Assembly (NCBI GenBank): GCA_963787835.1
Contig: CAWBEI010000003.1
Span: 192,001 to 256,000 of the forward strand
Reading direction: 5' to 3'
From: Ignavibacteriota bacterium
GTDB taxonomy: Bacteria > Bacteroidota > Ignavibacteria > Palsa-1295
DNA: 64,000 nt
Made by a program: the position numbers and the translations under genes
Notes under the pieces: generated by a model
What the model was told of the DNA's origin: nothing
The model's database searches: none
The model's input: the letters and a program-made list of their open reading frames with translations, nothing else
Shown: positions 1 through 10,667 of the stretch, in pieces
How the letters are laid out: the number at the start of each line of letters is the position of its first letter
How positions within the stretch are numbered: the first letter of the stretch is position 1

Positions 1-18
1 GGCAAAACATACGCATTT

Positions 19-103
19 GGAGAGGTGGCAGAGTGGTCGAATGCGGCAGTCTCGAAAACTGTTGTACCTTCGGGTACCGTGAGTTCGAATCTCACCCTCT
101 CCG
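19..103 (+). tRNA. tRNA-Ser(CGA)
   Basis: Acceptor stem GGAGAGG/CCTCTCC-G, anticodon arm GCAGT-CT CGA AA-ACTGT, long variable arm GTACC-TTCG-GGTAC, T-loop GTTCGAATC; CCA not encoded. Confidence 0.96.
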
Positions 104-311
104 CAGTCCTTTTTCTCTAAATTATGGTTATTGAGCCAACTTTAGTGTCTTCCCAGATAAAACCCCTTCAAATACACTCAATCCACACTTTTTGATCTGG
201 GATGAAATCGCAAATCTCCTATGCAGGCAATTAAGAATTAGAACGGACGAATCCATCTGAGGCTTGCCTGCTAAAATAGTCTATTCGCGATCCAGAGACT
301 ATTGACTGAAT

Positions 312-337
312 GGAACAAATCCAGTCACCACCACGTA
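312..337 (+). promoter_or_regulatory. possible ECF-sigma promoter (GGAAC-N17-CGTA)
   Basis: GGAAC at 312-316, 17-nt spacer, CGTA at 334-337, about 85 nt upstream of the ATG at 424; resembles a generic ECF consensus only. Confidence 0.3.
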
Positions 338-423
338 CTTCTGTTCGAATTTTGGCAATGAGCACTTCTTTATAATAAATGTGTGTGCTCATAAATCTGT
401 TTCATCTACCTTACTTTACCCGC

Positions 424-1137
424 ATGAAAACTTGTCGTTTCCTGTTCCCAGCAATTTTTATTCTCTTGAGCTTTTCCGCAGTCCACGCTCAGACCGTCGA
501 TGACATTATCTCGAAACACATCACCGCGATTGGTGGCGCAGATGCCTGGAAAAAAATTAATTCCGTAAAACTTGTTGGTTCCGTCACCACCCAACAAGGT
601 ATGGATATTACTGTTAGCATTATGGGAGTTCAAAATAAAGAAGCTCGCACCGAGATAACCATGATGGGAATGACCGGATATACCATCAGCACGCCCACCA
701 GCGGTTGGGTGTATATGCCATTTGGTGGGCAGCAAAAACCCGAAGCATTAACTGCCGATCAAGTTAAGGATGTGCAAGATCAACTCGATTTTCAGGGCGC
801 GCTTATCGATTACATGCAAAAAGGTTACACCGCCGAGTTAGTCGGCAAGGAGGATGTCGAAGGGACCGAGTGCTGGAAGGTGAAGCTGAACATGAAAAAT
901 GGTAAGGTAAGAACGGATTATTTCGACCCCGATAGTTACTTCCTCATCCGAGAAGTCGATAAAACAATGGTGGATGGAAAAGAACAAGAATCAACAGTCG
1001 ATTACAGCAACTTCCAAAAACTTCCCGAAGGCATTACCTTCCCTATGACCATGAATAACGGCCAGGGAGATTTTGTGATCAAGAAAGCAGAGATCAATAT
1101 CCCGCTTGCCGATAGCCTTTTTAAGGCCCCGCAATAA
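424..1137 (+). CDS. secreted LolA-like / outer-membrane lipoprotein-sorting family protein
   Basis: Signal peptide ending VHA-Q, then QTVDDIISKHITAIGG, VEGTECWKVKL and YSNFQKLPEGITFP motifs typical of this Bacteroidota family; start moved to ATG 424. Confidence 0.7.
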   Translation: MKTCRFLFPAIFILLSFSAVHAQTVDDIISKHITAIGGADAWKKINSVKLVGSVTTQQGMDITVSIMGVQNKEARTEITMMGMTGYTISTPTSGWVYMPFGGQQKPEALTADQVKDVQDQLDFQGALIDYMQKGYTAELVGKEDVEGTECWKVKLNMKNGKVRTDYFDPDSYFLIREVDKTMVDGKEQESTVDYSNFQKLPEGITFPMTMNNGQGDFVIKKAEINIPLADSLFKAPQ

Positions 1138-1228
1138 TAATGTTCCAGCAATGTTATTCCCCGCGAAAGTGGAAATGACATTCCGTACCATTCGCATGGA
1201 TTTTAAGTTACTCATCCTGTCAATCAAA

Positions 1229-4200
1229 ATGAAGTATTGTTTACCGTTTTTTCTCCTCTTTTTTCTCAGCACCTCTGCAGGAGCCCAAACCAAGATCAAT
1301 TCCTCCACCTTCGGTATGATGGAGGCACGCCATTTGGGTCCCGGCACCATGAGCGGTCGGATCACCGCTATCGCCGGAGACGATAGCGACGGAAAAACCA
1401 TCTACATTGGAACTGCGGGCGGTGGAGTATGGAAGACCACCAATGCCGGCGTCTCCTTGAAGTCTATGTTCGATAAGTATTGCCAGAGCATCGGAGCGAT
1501 CGCGGTCGATCAGAGGCATCATGGCGTCGTGTATGCGGGAACGGGCGAGAGCAATATGCGAAATTCCGTCTCTGTTGGGGATGGATTGTACCGCACAGAT
1601 GACGGTGGTGAGAATTGGGTGAAGGTCGGTCTTGACAGCACGGAGCATATCTCAAAGATCGTGATCGATCCTAAACATTCGAATGTCATCTATGTAGCAG
1701 CCCCCGGCCCACTTTGGAATGACAGCAAACAGCGTGGATTATATAAATCCACGGACGATGGAAAGACGTGGGATAAAGTTCTCTACATTAATGAGAAAAC
1801 AGGCTGCGCCGATATAGCCGTCGATCCCGTGAATACGAATATCGTTTATGCGACGACATGGGAATTCCGTCGCACACCCTACTCCTTTAACTCCGGTGGC
1901 GATGGAAGTGGAATGTATAAATCTACCGACGCCGGAAAAACGTGGAACGAACTGAAGAACGGCCTCCCACCAAAACCATTTGGCCGCATCGCGCTGGCAC
2001 TTTCGCCAAGCGCGCCGAATGATCTGGTCGCGATTGTCGAATCCAAGGAAACCGGACTATACCTCTCTCGAGATGGTGGTGCATCATGGAAACAGCAATC
2101 GTCCACACTCAATGTTACGGCGCGCCCGTTCTATTTTTCGACGATCATGTTCGACCCTCTCGATTCAATGCGTGTGTATCGTCCCGCATTCGAGTTTGCC
2201 TACTCCAACGATGGAGGATATTCCTTTGACGACGCCAGTGGTGATGGCGGCTGGATCCATAGTGACATGCATGCCCTCTGGATCAACCCCAAAAATACGA
2301 ATCAGCTCTATTTGGGAACCGACGGCGGAGTGTATCTTAGTTTGGATAAGGGCGGCTCATGGATATTCCTTCAATCGCTTCCGGTTGGACAGTTCTACCA
2401 TGTAGCCATCGACGAGGCTGATCCCTACCGCATGTACGGGGGATTGCAGGATAATGGTAGCTGGGTAGGACCATCCTCAGCACCGGGGGGAGTTGGGAAC
2501 TCAAACTGGATGGCGATCAATGGCGGCGATGGCTTTTGGGCACAGCCCGATCCGAACGATTCGGATATCGCTTATGCCGAGTCCCAGGGAGGTGAAGCGA
2601 ACAGAATTGATCTTAAGACAACAAAATCTGTCAGCATAAAACCTCAGGAAGCTCAGGGTGAAGAAAAGCTCCGATGGAATTGGAACACTCCGATCGTAAC
2701 CGGTGTCAAGGGAACCCATAATCTTTACATGGGCGCGCAGTATCTTTACCGGTCCACCAATCAAGGCAGGAATTGGGACAAGTTATCTCCCGATCTGACA
2801 ACCAATGATAAGTCGATGCAGCAACAAGATTCCAGCGGAGGGTTGAGCGCGGACAATACTTCAGCGGAAAACCACTGCACGATCTTCACTATTGCCGAAT
2901 CCCCATTTGACGACCAAAATATCTGGGCGGGCACCGACGATGGCAATTTGCAGGTCACGACTAATGGCGGAAAATCATGGACGAATGTTGCGAAGAATGT
3001 TGCTGATTGTGGTGTCGCAGCGCAATCATGGGTCAGCAGTATCGAGCCTTCCCGTTTTGACAAGCGAACGGTCTATGCCACCTTCGATAATCACATGATG
3101 GGTGATATGCGAACCTATCTCGCAAAAACGACCGATATGGGTGTGACCTGGCACATGATCTCCAGTACCGAGTTCACTGGTTTTGCCCATAAGATCAAAG
3201 AAGATCTTGTCAATAAGGATCTGCTTTTTCTGGGAACCGAGATGGGGTTATTCGCCACGCTCGATGGCGGCTCGAACTGGTTCAGAATGAAGAATAATAT
3301 CCCTTGGTATGTTTCCGTGCGAGATATTCAGATCCATCCGAAAACCCATGACTTGATTCTCGCTACGCATGGCAGGGGAGTTATCGTCGTCGATGACATC
3401 ACTCCGATGCGCTCCTTAACCCGCGACATTATTGATAAAGACGTGTATCTGGTTCCAACGGAGCCGATCATTCTCAGCAATGGCAAATTCGGCGACGGAG
3501 GGTTCCCGAGCACCGGCGGATGGAATTCTGGAAATTCCCCATCTTCCTACCCTGCTCCCATTCAATACTATTTGAAAGACCGGATTAATACCGGTAATGC
3601 CAATCTTGAGATCTTCGATGCCAATGGTAAGCTGATCCAGATACTTCCAGCATCAAAGCGCAAGGGAATCAATAAAGTCAACTGGAATTTACGAATGAAG
3701 CCCCCGGCCGTTGCAACCGGTGGTACAAAGCTCGATGGAGGTGGCTTCCTCGGGCCGATGGTGATGCCTGGTATCTACACCGTAAAGCTTATCATTGGAG
3801 ATAAAGCATATACCAGCCAATTAACGCTTGTCCATGATTCCGCCAACAAAAATTTTTCGTTCGAGGACCGGGCGCTTCAATTTGATGTCGCAATGCAATG
3901 TTACACAATGCATGAACGGCTGGCTCATGTTGTCGATGACATCAATGCAAAGCAAAAATGGATCAAACAGCAATTGGATTCCGTCAAGGACGAAAACACA
4001 AAAAAACGCCTCACGGAATTTAACGGCAAGCTTGAAAACTTGAGAACAACTCTGCTTGCCTCAAAGCAAAAATCCATTTTCGCCGATGAAAAGAAATTGC
4101 GTGAAGACATCAGCGATGTCTATGGCTCCGTGGCGGGAAGCGAAGCACGGCCTTCCAATCTTCAGATCGATCGTGTCAAGGTGTTGCAAGATCGTGTTGC

Positions 4201-4261
4201 CAAAGCAGAAAAGGATGACCTCGCTCTCAATGCGGAGTATCAGCCTTCGCTAAAATTCTGA
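1229..4261 (+). CDS. VPS10/sortilin-like BNR (Asp-box) repeat beta-propeller protein, putative glycosyl hydrolase
   Basis: Signal peptide, GPGTMSGRITAI, many S/T-x-DGG-x-W Asp-boxes, GGLQDNGSW, ATHGRG; C-terminal helical region. Confidence 0.85.
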   Translation: MKYCLPFFLLFFLSTSAGAQTKINSSTFGMMEARHLGPGTMSGRITAIAGDDSDGKTIYIGTAGGGVWKTTNAGVSLKSMFDKYCQSIGAIAVDQRHHGVVYAGTGESNMRNSVSVGDGLYRTDDGGENWVKVGLDSTEHISKIVIDPKHSNVIYVAAPGPLWNDSKQRGLYKSTDDGKTWDKVLYINEKTGCADIAVDPVNTNIVYATTWEFRRTPYSFNSGGDGSGMYKSTDAGKTWNELKNGLPPKPFGRIALALSPSAPNDLVAIVESKETGLYLSRDGGASWKQQSSTLNVTARPFYFSTIMFDPLDSMRVYRPAFEFAYSNDGGYSFDDASGDGGWIHSDMHALWINPKNTNQLYLGTDGGVYLSLDKGGSWIFLQSLPVGQFYHVAIDEADPYRMYGGLQDNGSWVGPSSAPGGVGNSNWMAINGGDGFWAQPDPNDSDIAYAESQGGEANRIDLKTTKSVSIKPQEAQGEEKLRWNWNTPIVTGVKGTHNLYMGAQYLYRSTNQGRNWDKLSPDLTTNDKSMQQQDSSGGLSADNTSAENHCTIFTIAESPFDDQNIWAGTDDGNLQVTTNGGKSWTNVAKNVADCGVAAQSWVSSIEPSRFDKRTVYATFDNHMMGDMRTYLAKTTDMGVTWHMISSTEFTGFAHKIKEDLVNKDLLFLGTEMGLFATLDGGSNWFRMKNNIPWYVSVRDIQIHPKTHDLILATHGRGVIVVDDITPMRSLTRDIIDKDVYLVPTEPIILSNGKFGDGGFPSTGGWNSGNSPSSYPAPIQYYLKDRINTGNANLEIFDANGKLIQILPASKRKGINKVNWNLRMKPPAVATGGTKLDGGGFLGPMVMPGIYTVKLIIGDKAYTSQLTLVHDSANKNFSFEDRALQFDVAMQCYTMHERLAHVVDDINAKQKWIKQQLDSVKDENTKKRLTEFNGKLENLRTTLLASKQKSIFADEKKLREDISDVYGSVAGSEARPSNLQIDRVKVLQDRVAKAEKDDLALNAEYQPSLKF

Positions 4262-4293
4262 TACGGCAATATAACTTTGATCTTGGCCCTGCA

Positions 4294-5598
4294 CTATCGC
4301 GCTTCAAGTTTCCTCACTGCAAATAACGAAGCAACCGAGAGTGCCAACACCAGCCCATAGAGTATGCCGTATCCTGCAAGATCGAGCAACGCGCCCGCTA
4401 AGGCCGTCAACATAAGTGGCAACGACATCAAGCTGTTGAAAAGGCCAATGTAAGTCGAGCGGTCGTGCTCGGGGCTGATCTCGATGATATAGGTCATTCC
4501 ACCGATGGATGTACCAGCATCGAATGCCGCCGCGATCGAGAATACGGAGGCATAAAACAATTTCGGAAGAGGCAGCCAAAGGTAGAGTAAGACGATGACC
4601 GGCAGTGCGACGTTGACAATGGTTGCTGCTTCCAGACATACTTTCGCGCTGCGACGATCGGTCAGCCGTTCCCAGAAGAAATTTCCCACGATCGTCCCGA
4701 TGCAATCGGCGGCAACAAACATTCCGAGGTCGCTCGTTTGAAATCCGAGCCGCTTATGTGCAAAGATAACAAGGAAAGGTACGCCGATCGTAGCGGTTGA
4801 CATCAACATTCGTGTGTTGATATAGGTCGAGTAACGCTTGTCTGTCTTGTAGATTTTCCACCCTCCCCGAAAATGCTCCAGGAGGGTTCTCCGGTCGGGA
4901 ACTGTACCCGTCCGTGGCTCGCGCATGAATGCCATAAAACCGAGACCCACGCTCACGATAATGGCGGATGCCAGAAAAACAAAACCGAAATTTGTTGGGA
5001 ATCGAAATCCGGCGAGAAGCAGTGAGATCGCCCCCGCGCCGAGCGTCACGGAAAGGATCGAAGCGAGCGATATGCGAAGCCCAAAGAACCGTCCGCGACG
5101 TTTAGCCGGAATAGTCTTGGCTACAAGTTCCAGGAAGACGACCCCGCTCAGTCCCGACCCTGCCGCAAAGATGGCATACAGCAGCACCGCGAATGCCAGA
5201 AGCACTGCCGCGCTCGGCGACCAAAGGGTAACTGCTGCAAGCGAAAAGAGCGCTGCACCGCGTATCCACCATCCGAACCGATACATTGGAAGTTTTTTCG
5301 GCCAGTGCACCACGAACGATGCTACGATGAACTGTGGCAGATACCAGCCGATCGATTCGAACTGCGAAACAATTCCAATGAGCGCACTCGATGAAGTCAG
5401 GTGCGAAAAAAAACTCGGAATGATCGTCGAATGAGAGATGAACGACGTCCCAAGGCCGTAGAGCGCACCGTTCGTGACTCCTAAACGAAAATTCCGTCGT
5501 TCATTTTTCGCCGACAGTTTCAGGAATTTTGCTTCCTGCGGTGCCGGTTCGCCAGATAATTCTATTCGTGCTTCGGAATCGAATGCAGACTCGGACAT
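4294..5598 (-). CDS. MFS transporter
   Basis: About 12 hydrophobic segments, KTIPAKRRGRFFG and SPEHDRSTYIG loop motifs. Confidence 0.85.
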   Translation of the reverse strand: MSESAFDSEARIELSGEPAPQEAKFLKLSAKNERRNFRLGVTNGALYGLGTSFISHSTIIPSFFSHLTSSSALIGIVSQFESIGWYLPQFIVASFVVHWPKKLPMYRFGWWIRGAALFSLAAVTLWSPSAAVLLAFAVLLYAIFAAGSGLSGVVFLELVAKTIPAKRRGRFFGLRISLASILSVTLGAGAISLLLAGFRFPTNFGFVFLASAIIVSVGLGFMAFMREPRTGTVPDRRTLLEHFRGGWKIYKTDKRYSTYINTRMLMSTATIGVPFLVIFAHKRLGFQTSDLGMFVAADCIGTIVGNFFWERLTDRRSAKVCLEAATIVNVALPVIVLLYLWLPLPKLFYASVFSIAAAFDAGTSIGGMTYIIEISPEHDRSTYIGLFNSLMSLPLMLTALAGALLDLAGYGILYGLVLALSVASLFAVRKLEAR

Positions 5599-5770
5599 AG
5601 TTCAGACGGTCCCCTGCTCTGTCATTCTTATTTGATCATTTGGTTTGTAATTGGACTGTGACGCAGGGAGATCGTCAACGATTTAGATAGAAGCAAAATT
5701 CACAACAAACGGGATATCGTATTGCAATTAGCAATATCTCAGACCTGATCTACCGCGTATCACCTTATCA

Positions 5771-6580
5771 TCACTTAGCTACAATCACACGGCGAGTAAA
5801 TGCCTCTCCATTACTAGTGCGAATCGAGAGAAAATATGTCCCGTTCGAAAGACTGGTAAGATCGAGCGGTGTCTCGCCAGCAAGTACCGCGGATTCGGTA
5901 TGAACGACCCTGCCGGACAGATCAGAAACTTCGATCTGTGCTTCTCCAGAAAGGCTTTTCGAGGAAAGTGTAATCGGGCCACGGGAAGGATTCGGATAAA
6001 TGCTAAGATTGCTTGCAACCTCAGCATTTGATGCCACCCCGGCGGCACTCACGACAGTAATGTTATCAACAATGGTATTCCAATGATCTCCAGCATCCGC
6101 TTCTCCATTATCATTCACGGCGTTACCTGCTGCATAGATGTGAGCTACCCCAGGCGTTGTGGGGGCTGTATATTGAAAGTTCCAAACCGCGCTATCAGTT
6201 CCGGCGGTAAAAACATTTGTCTGAGTATGGGTTAATTCCCCGCCATACGATTGAAGAAGGTTAGATTCTGTGGCATTGATAGAGAGCGTACCACCTTTAC
6301 TGGTCGAAATATCGCACCCTGCTCCTTTTTCAGATGGGTTCGCAACAGAAATTGTAAAGTCATACGTCTGCCCGACAACAATTTGCGGAGCGGAAGTATA
6401 TATTTTCACAACGGTTGCTGTCGATTTAGAACCATGGCAGCTGCAGCCATACGTCGAATAGCCAGTAACGCCAGTACTATACCCTGAAGCCTGGTGAACA
6501 GAGTATGCCGCGATAAGCCCCAGCGGAAGAAGAAGAAAAAATCCCTTCCGAATTCGAAAAAAAAGCTTGGATGAACGCAT
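5771..6580 (-). CDS. Reeler-like (choice-of-anchor V type) domain protein with T9SS type-A C-terminal domain
   Basis: Signal peptide, GCSCHG, ELTH, WNFQYTAP, AAGNAVN; CTD IYPNPS...GTYFLSI; start ATG 6580. Confidence 0.75.
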   Translation of the reverse strand: MRSSKLFFRIRKGFFLLLPLGLIAAYSVHQASGYSTGVTGYSTYGCSCHGSKSTATVVKIYTSAPQIVVGQTYDFTISVANPSEKGAGCDISTSKGGTLSINATESNLLQSYGGELTHTQTNVFTAGTDSAVWNFQYTAPTTPGVAHIYAAGNAVNDNGEADAGDHWNTIVDNITVVSAAGVASNAEVASNLSIYPNPSRGPITLSSKSLSGEAQIEVSDLSGRVVHTESAVLAGETPLDLTSLSNGTYFLSIRTSNGEAFTRRVIVAK

Positions 6581-6867
6581 GAGGTGAACGATCGGCCTGG
6601 TGAAAATAGTAAGCCCTGTAGCCAGAATAAGGATCAATTACTGGCCTCGGTTTGAGGAAGTTTTAAAAGAAGCGCGACCGAGATGTTTTATGAGAATAGT
6701 CTGGTTTGATAGCCTGGAAAACCCGCCTCGAACTGCCAATTCGCCTGTTGAAACAATGGTCGTTTAATCATCTTTTTATTATAACGCCTCATCGCCAATA
6801 TTATAACATCGAAAGCAAAATCTGGTAATAGGAGTATTTGCTGTGCGCATCACCAAGAATGCTTAAT

Positions 6868-7737
6868 TCATCTCTGAATCACAATTCTCCGCGAGAAAGG
6901 CGATCCAATATGCGGCTGAACATTGAGAATGTAAGCACCAGCGGCGATACTTGAAATATCTGCGCTATGTTTGCCATCGAGCGCCATCTGTTGTCCGTAC
7001 CGCACTATGCGGCCAGAGGCGTCTGCCAGTGTGTAGGAACCTTCATCGCCGGGTATGCCATCGCCAATAAAAAGCTCGTTAGATGCTGGATTCGGAAAGA
7101 CCTGAACAGCATTCATCGCGGCAGCAGGTGTAACCCCATCGTTCGCCTGGACAGTAACATAGAATGTGACGTCATTCCAATAATCCGAATCATTCGCCGT
7201 GGAGCTGTCACCATTAACGGCATTACCGGCCACATAGAATGTATCGATACCGGGTGTGGGCCGGGCAGTATAGAGGAACGTCCAAACGGCAGAATCGCTG
7301 TTCGGCCCATTCACATTAAACCACTGTGGAATCGAGTGCGATACTGACCACAAGCCAGAAAGTGCGGTGTCAATATTTGTGAGGAAGGTAGTTGTCGAAC
7401 CGGGCGTTAGTGCAAGCGATGCCGGCGTATCGATGTCAACATCGAATCCCGCAGCCACATCTACTGGATTCGCATTCGCGACGCTGAGGGTCAAGGTGTA
7501 GGTTTTCCCGGCGATCACTTTCGCAGGAGTGTAGAGATTCAGAACAGTTGTGGGCGATGCGAACGGTGCGTGACACGAAGGACCGCCGCAACCACCTAAC
7601 ACTGCGTATCCCGCCACAGCAGATGACCCTGTATAATGGCTGAATACGTCGTGAACGGAGTACCCTGCTACCAGAACAAAAGTGACTAATAAGAGGAGAC
7701 CTTTGCTAAATCCGCGTAATAATCTGGGAAGCTTCAT
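6868..7737 (-). CDS. Reeler-like (choice-of-anchor V type) domain protein with T9SS type-A CTD, paralog of the neighbouring gene
   Basis: CGGPSCH, DSAVWTFLYTA, VAGNAVNGD; CTD VFPNPA...GAYILNV; start ATG 7737. Confidence 0.75.
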   Translation of the reverse strand: MKLPRLLRGFSKGLLLLVTFVLVAGYSVHDVFSHYTGSSAVAGYAVLGGCGGPSCHAPFASPTTVLNLYTPAKVIAGKTYTLTLSVANANPVDVAAGFDVDIDTPASLALTPGSTTTFLTNIDTALSGLWSVSHSIPQWFNVNGPNSDSAVWTFLYTARPTPGIDTFYVAGNAVNGDSSTANDSDYWNDVTFYVTVQANDGVTPAAAMNAVQVFPNPASNELFIGDGIPGDEGSYTLADASGRIVRYGQQMALDGKHSADISSIAAGAYILNVQPHIGSPFSRRIVIQR

Positions 7738-7905
7738 GGACGATGTTTTTCTGTTAAGTTTGGGAGAAACCAAATTGTTCGATATGTCTGTAAGATAGAA
7801 GCAGAGTTCGTCGAAACAAGCATCTTCCGCTTATCATTTCCAAACCCTTTTAGGAAAGACACTTCCATCGCCTCCCAAATTACACACCGACTAACAATTT
7901 CACCA

Positions 7906-8298
7906 TTAGCCCGGCAAAAAAAGAAAATGCGTCAGCAGCTTGGCCACAAGATAGATTCCACTGAGCAATAAGATCGCTGCTACAAGAGCTGCAGGTACAA
8001 TGGAGTACTCCCGCACCGTCTCCACCTTATTGATCTCCGAAAGATGATATTCAACATGCCGAGGAGTATCGACCGTAACCCCTTCGATCGTCCCGGCGTG
8101 CCTATTGTACCATCCCAGGTCAGCATTGAATACTACGACCTTGCCATTCTTCAGCATGAGTCTCGAAATGTTCGGAGCTGAAGAAGGCTGTATCTCGCGC
8201 ACGGGCGATACAGCGCGGCAACCCGCAACAAGCATCACCGCAAACACAGCGAAGAACGCCAGACGCTTCATCCGGCGATCGGGAAAAATATCTGTCAC
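7906..8298 (-). CDS. hypothetical lipoprotein with C-terminal TM helix
   Basis: MKRLAFFAVFAVMLVAG-C lipobox, hydrophobic C-terminus; overlaps the stop of the upstream gene. Confidence 0.65.
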   Translation of the reverse strand: MTDIFPDRRMKRLAFFAVFAVMLVAGCRAVSPVREIQPSSAPNISRLMLKNGKVVVFNADLGWYNRHAGTIEGVTVDTPRHVEYHLSEINKVETVREYSIVPAALVAAILLLSGIYLVAKLLTHFLFLPG

Positions 8299-9050
8299 GC
8301 CAATGTTAACGTTGAATTCCTTCTCGTTAGTGTCTCAAATTGCTCGACAAAATTGCTCCGAACTGCCTCAGCGCATTCCGGTATCGTGATCATCCGCGAA
8401 AAAACATCCGAAAGCGTCGCCGTCTCACGAATAAGTGTTTCTCGCATTTTGATCCGCTCAGATTCCGAAATAGCAAGAAGTTCTGGCAGTTGAAGATGGT
8501 CTTTATTTAGAAGAATTGAGCCATGCTGCAATACCACTTCTCCAAACCTTCGCTGTGCCGAGCCGATCACCTTTCTTCCATCCCACGTAACTTCATGGCG
8601 TGCCGCGCTGGCAAAACATGCGATGGGCAAGCTCGTCTTCTGCCCCGATTCACCTGTTCGCGGCGTAACTTCCAGAGATCGATCCGAACCACCCAGTGTG
8701 CCGATCGAAGCGACTAATGCATTCACTATCCGGTTATGCACGGCATAAAGCCCCTCTGCAGGATGTGCCCGGGTAATGACGGCATACGTAAGCTCATTCG
8801 CATGCAGCACTGCCCTGCCGCCAGTTGGACGCCGCACCACATCGATCCCGCGCTCGCGGCAGCCATCCAAATTGATCGTTTCTATTTTCTGCTGATACCC
8901 GATCGAAACCGCCGATGGCTGCCAGGAGTATAACCTTAATACACTCGGCAACGAAGCATCCTCGATCCGCTCGCGAGTAAGCTCCTCGTCGCGGGACATG
9001 TGGTGCGCGCCGGTTCGTTCGAAATCCTCTTCGATATGCCAGTGGTTCAA
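8295..9050 (-). CDS. lipoate-protein ligase A / octanoyltransferase (LipM-like) family
   Basis: VLRLYSW...SIGYQQ, VVRRPTGGRAVLH, KVIGSAQRR, LQHGSI; TTG start. Confidence 0.9.
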   Translation of the reverse strand: MNHWHIEEDFERTGAHHMSRDEELTRERIEDASLPSVLRLYSWQPSAVSIGYQQKIETINLDGCRERGIDVVRRPTGGRAVLHANELTYAVITRAHPAEGLYAVHNRIVNALVASIGTLGGSDRSLEVTPRTGESGQKTSLPIACFASAARHEVTWDGRKVIGSAQRRFGEVVLQHGSILLNKDHLQLPELLAISESERIKMRETLIRETATLSDVFSRMITIPECAEAVRSNFVEQFETLTRRNSTLTLA

Positions 9051-9160
9051 ATTAAGAATTAAAAATTAAGAATTAATAGTTATGAATGAAAGTTTCTAAC
9101 CAAGCGATAAGTCACATCTTATATCCTTAACTCTTAATTCTTAATTTTTAATTCTTAATT
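9050..9160. repeat. perfect 27-bp inverted repeat built from TTAATTY heptamers
   Basis: AATTAAGAATTAAAAATTAAGAATTAA (9050-9076) and its exact reverse complement (9134-9160). Confidence 0.9.
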
Positions 9161-9167
9161 CTCATAA

Positions 9168-10268
9168 TTGCCCATTAAGCTTCTCGACCGCTATGTGCTC
9201 CGGCAGTTCTTTACTGCCGTCGTCGTTTCGATGGCGGGTTTTATTATCATTTACATCGCGGTCGATCTGATGGAGAAGCTCGATAAGTTTCTCGATCATC
9301 ATCTCCCATTTAGTGTCGTTCTCGAGTATTACATCAATTTTACACCGCAGATCATCGCACTGATCTTGCCGGTGTGCCTGTTGCTGGGGTCGCTGTTCGC
9401 AACCGGCAAGATGTCAATGTCAAGCGAGATCGTCGCGATGCGTTCCGGCGGCATCTCGCTATACCGCTTGATGGCTCCGTTCGTCATTTCCTCGGCGTTG
9501 GTCTGTGTGGGTTCCGTCTATTTTATTGGATGGATCCTTCCCAGAGCCAATGTCAAAGTCGAAGAAATTATTCGTGACAAATTAGGTGATGACCGCATCG
9601 CCACGCAGCAGATGGATCTGTATCTTCAGGATTCGCCATCGCGCATTGTTTCGATGTCCGATTATTCCTGGGGCCAGCGACGCGGCATGAAGGTATCCGT
9701 TCAGGAATTCGATCCGAAGAATATCACCCACATGATAAGCCGCATCGACGCTTCCATCATTTCCTGGGATTCCACTCGGAATATCTGGCACCTCACGGAT
9801 GCAACGCTTCGAACCTTCCGAACCGATACCACTGCGGAGATCACCAGGCCTCTTTCCGCCGCCGAAAGCAATATGCACTTCAGTTTCCTTCCCGGTGAAC
9901 TGAAAGACCGTTTGCTCAAGATGGATGAAATGACGAATCCCGAACTCGCGAAACGCATCGCCCTCAAACGCCGGTCCGGTCAGGATGTCGCGCAGGACGA
10001 AGTGGATTATCAGAGCAAGTACGCCCTTGCGTTCACCTCGCTCATCGTCGTGCTGTTCGGAGTTCCCTTTGCCTCGAAGAAAAAGCGCGGCGGACTAAGC
10101 TTCGAGTTCTCCATTGCCATTGCGATCGCGTTCGTATATCTTGCATTCTCGAAAGTATTTCAGGCATTCGGATATACCGGCGAAGTACCGCCAACCGTCA
10201 CCGCCTGGCTCGCCAATTTCCTGTTCTTCATCGGATCGCTCATCGTGATCTGGAAAGCACAGAAATAA
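9168..10268 (+). CDS. LPS export ABC transporter permease, LptF/LptG family
   Basis: LLDRYVLRQF, SEIVAMRSGGISLYRL, periplasmic jellyroll region, AWLANFLF; TTG start. Confidence 0.9.
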   Translation: MPIKLLDRYVLRQFFTAVVVSMAGFIIIYIAVDLMEKLDKFLDHHLPFSVVLEYYINFTPQIIALILPVCLLLGSLFATGKMSMSSEIVAMRSGGISLYRLMAPFVISSALVCVGSVYFIGWILPRANVKVEEIIRDKLGDDRIATQQMDLYLQDSPSRIVSMSDYSWGQRRGMKVSVQEFDPKNITHMISRIDASIISWDSTRNIWHLTDATLRTFRTDTTAEITRPLSAAESNMHFSFLPGELKDRLLKMDEMTNPELAKRIALKRRSGQDVAQDEVDYQSKYALAFTSLIVVLFGVPFASKKKRGGLSFEFSIAIAIAFVYLAFSKVFQAFGYTGEVPPTVTAWLANFLFFIGSLIVIWKAQK

Positions 10269-10667
10269 CGAAGCATCGTTAGGATAGTGTTGCTGCCAAT
10301 CTTGACACCAGGCACTCATAGCTTCCCAAAGAAATAGGTGCCCATCATCTCTCAATTGCATTGTCATTTAATGAACTATTTTTCCATTCCGATCAATAAT
10401 TCATGAACTTATGCAACATGGCGATTCCGAACCCGTTTCGCACTCTTCGATCAATTTTCAATGAACTCCCCCATCCTTCCCTAATCCTGAGAATCGTGTA
10501 AATCGTGGTCTGATTCATACTTCATAATTCATACTTTCCCCGGAGGGTGCCTATCAAAGCAACGCCAATATACGGACATATTTTAACAATGTCAAGGATT
10601 TCTAAAATTAATCTTTTTATATTCCTTGCCGTGTGCATGGAAGCGCTGCTCCCATGTCACTCCACAA

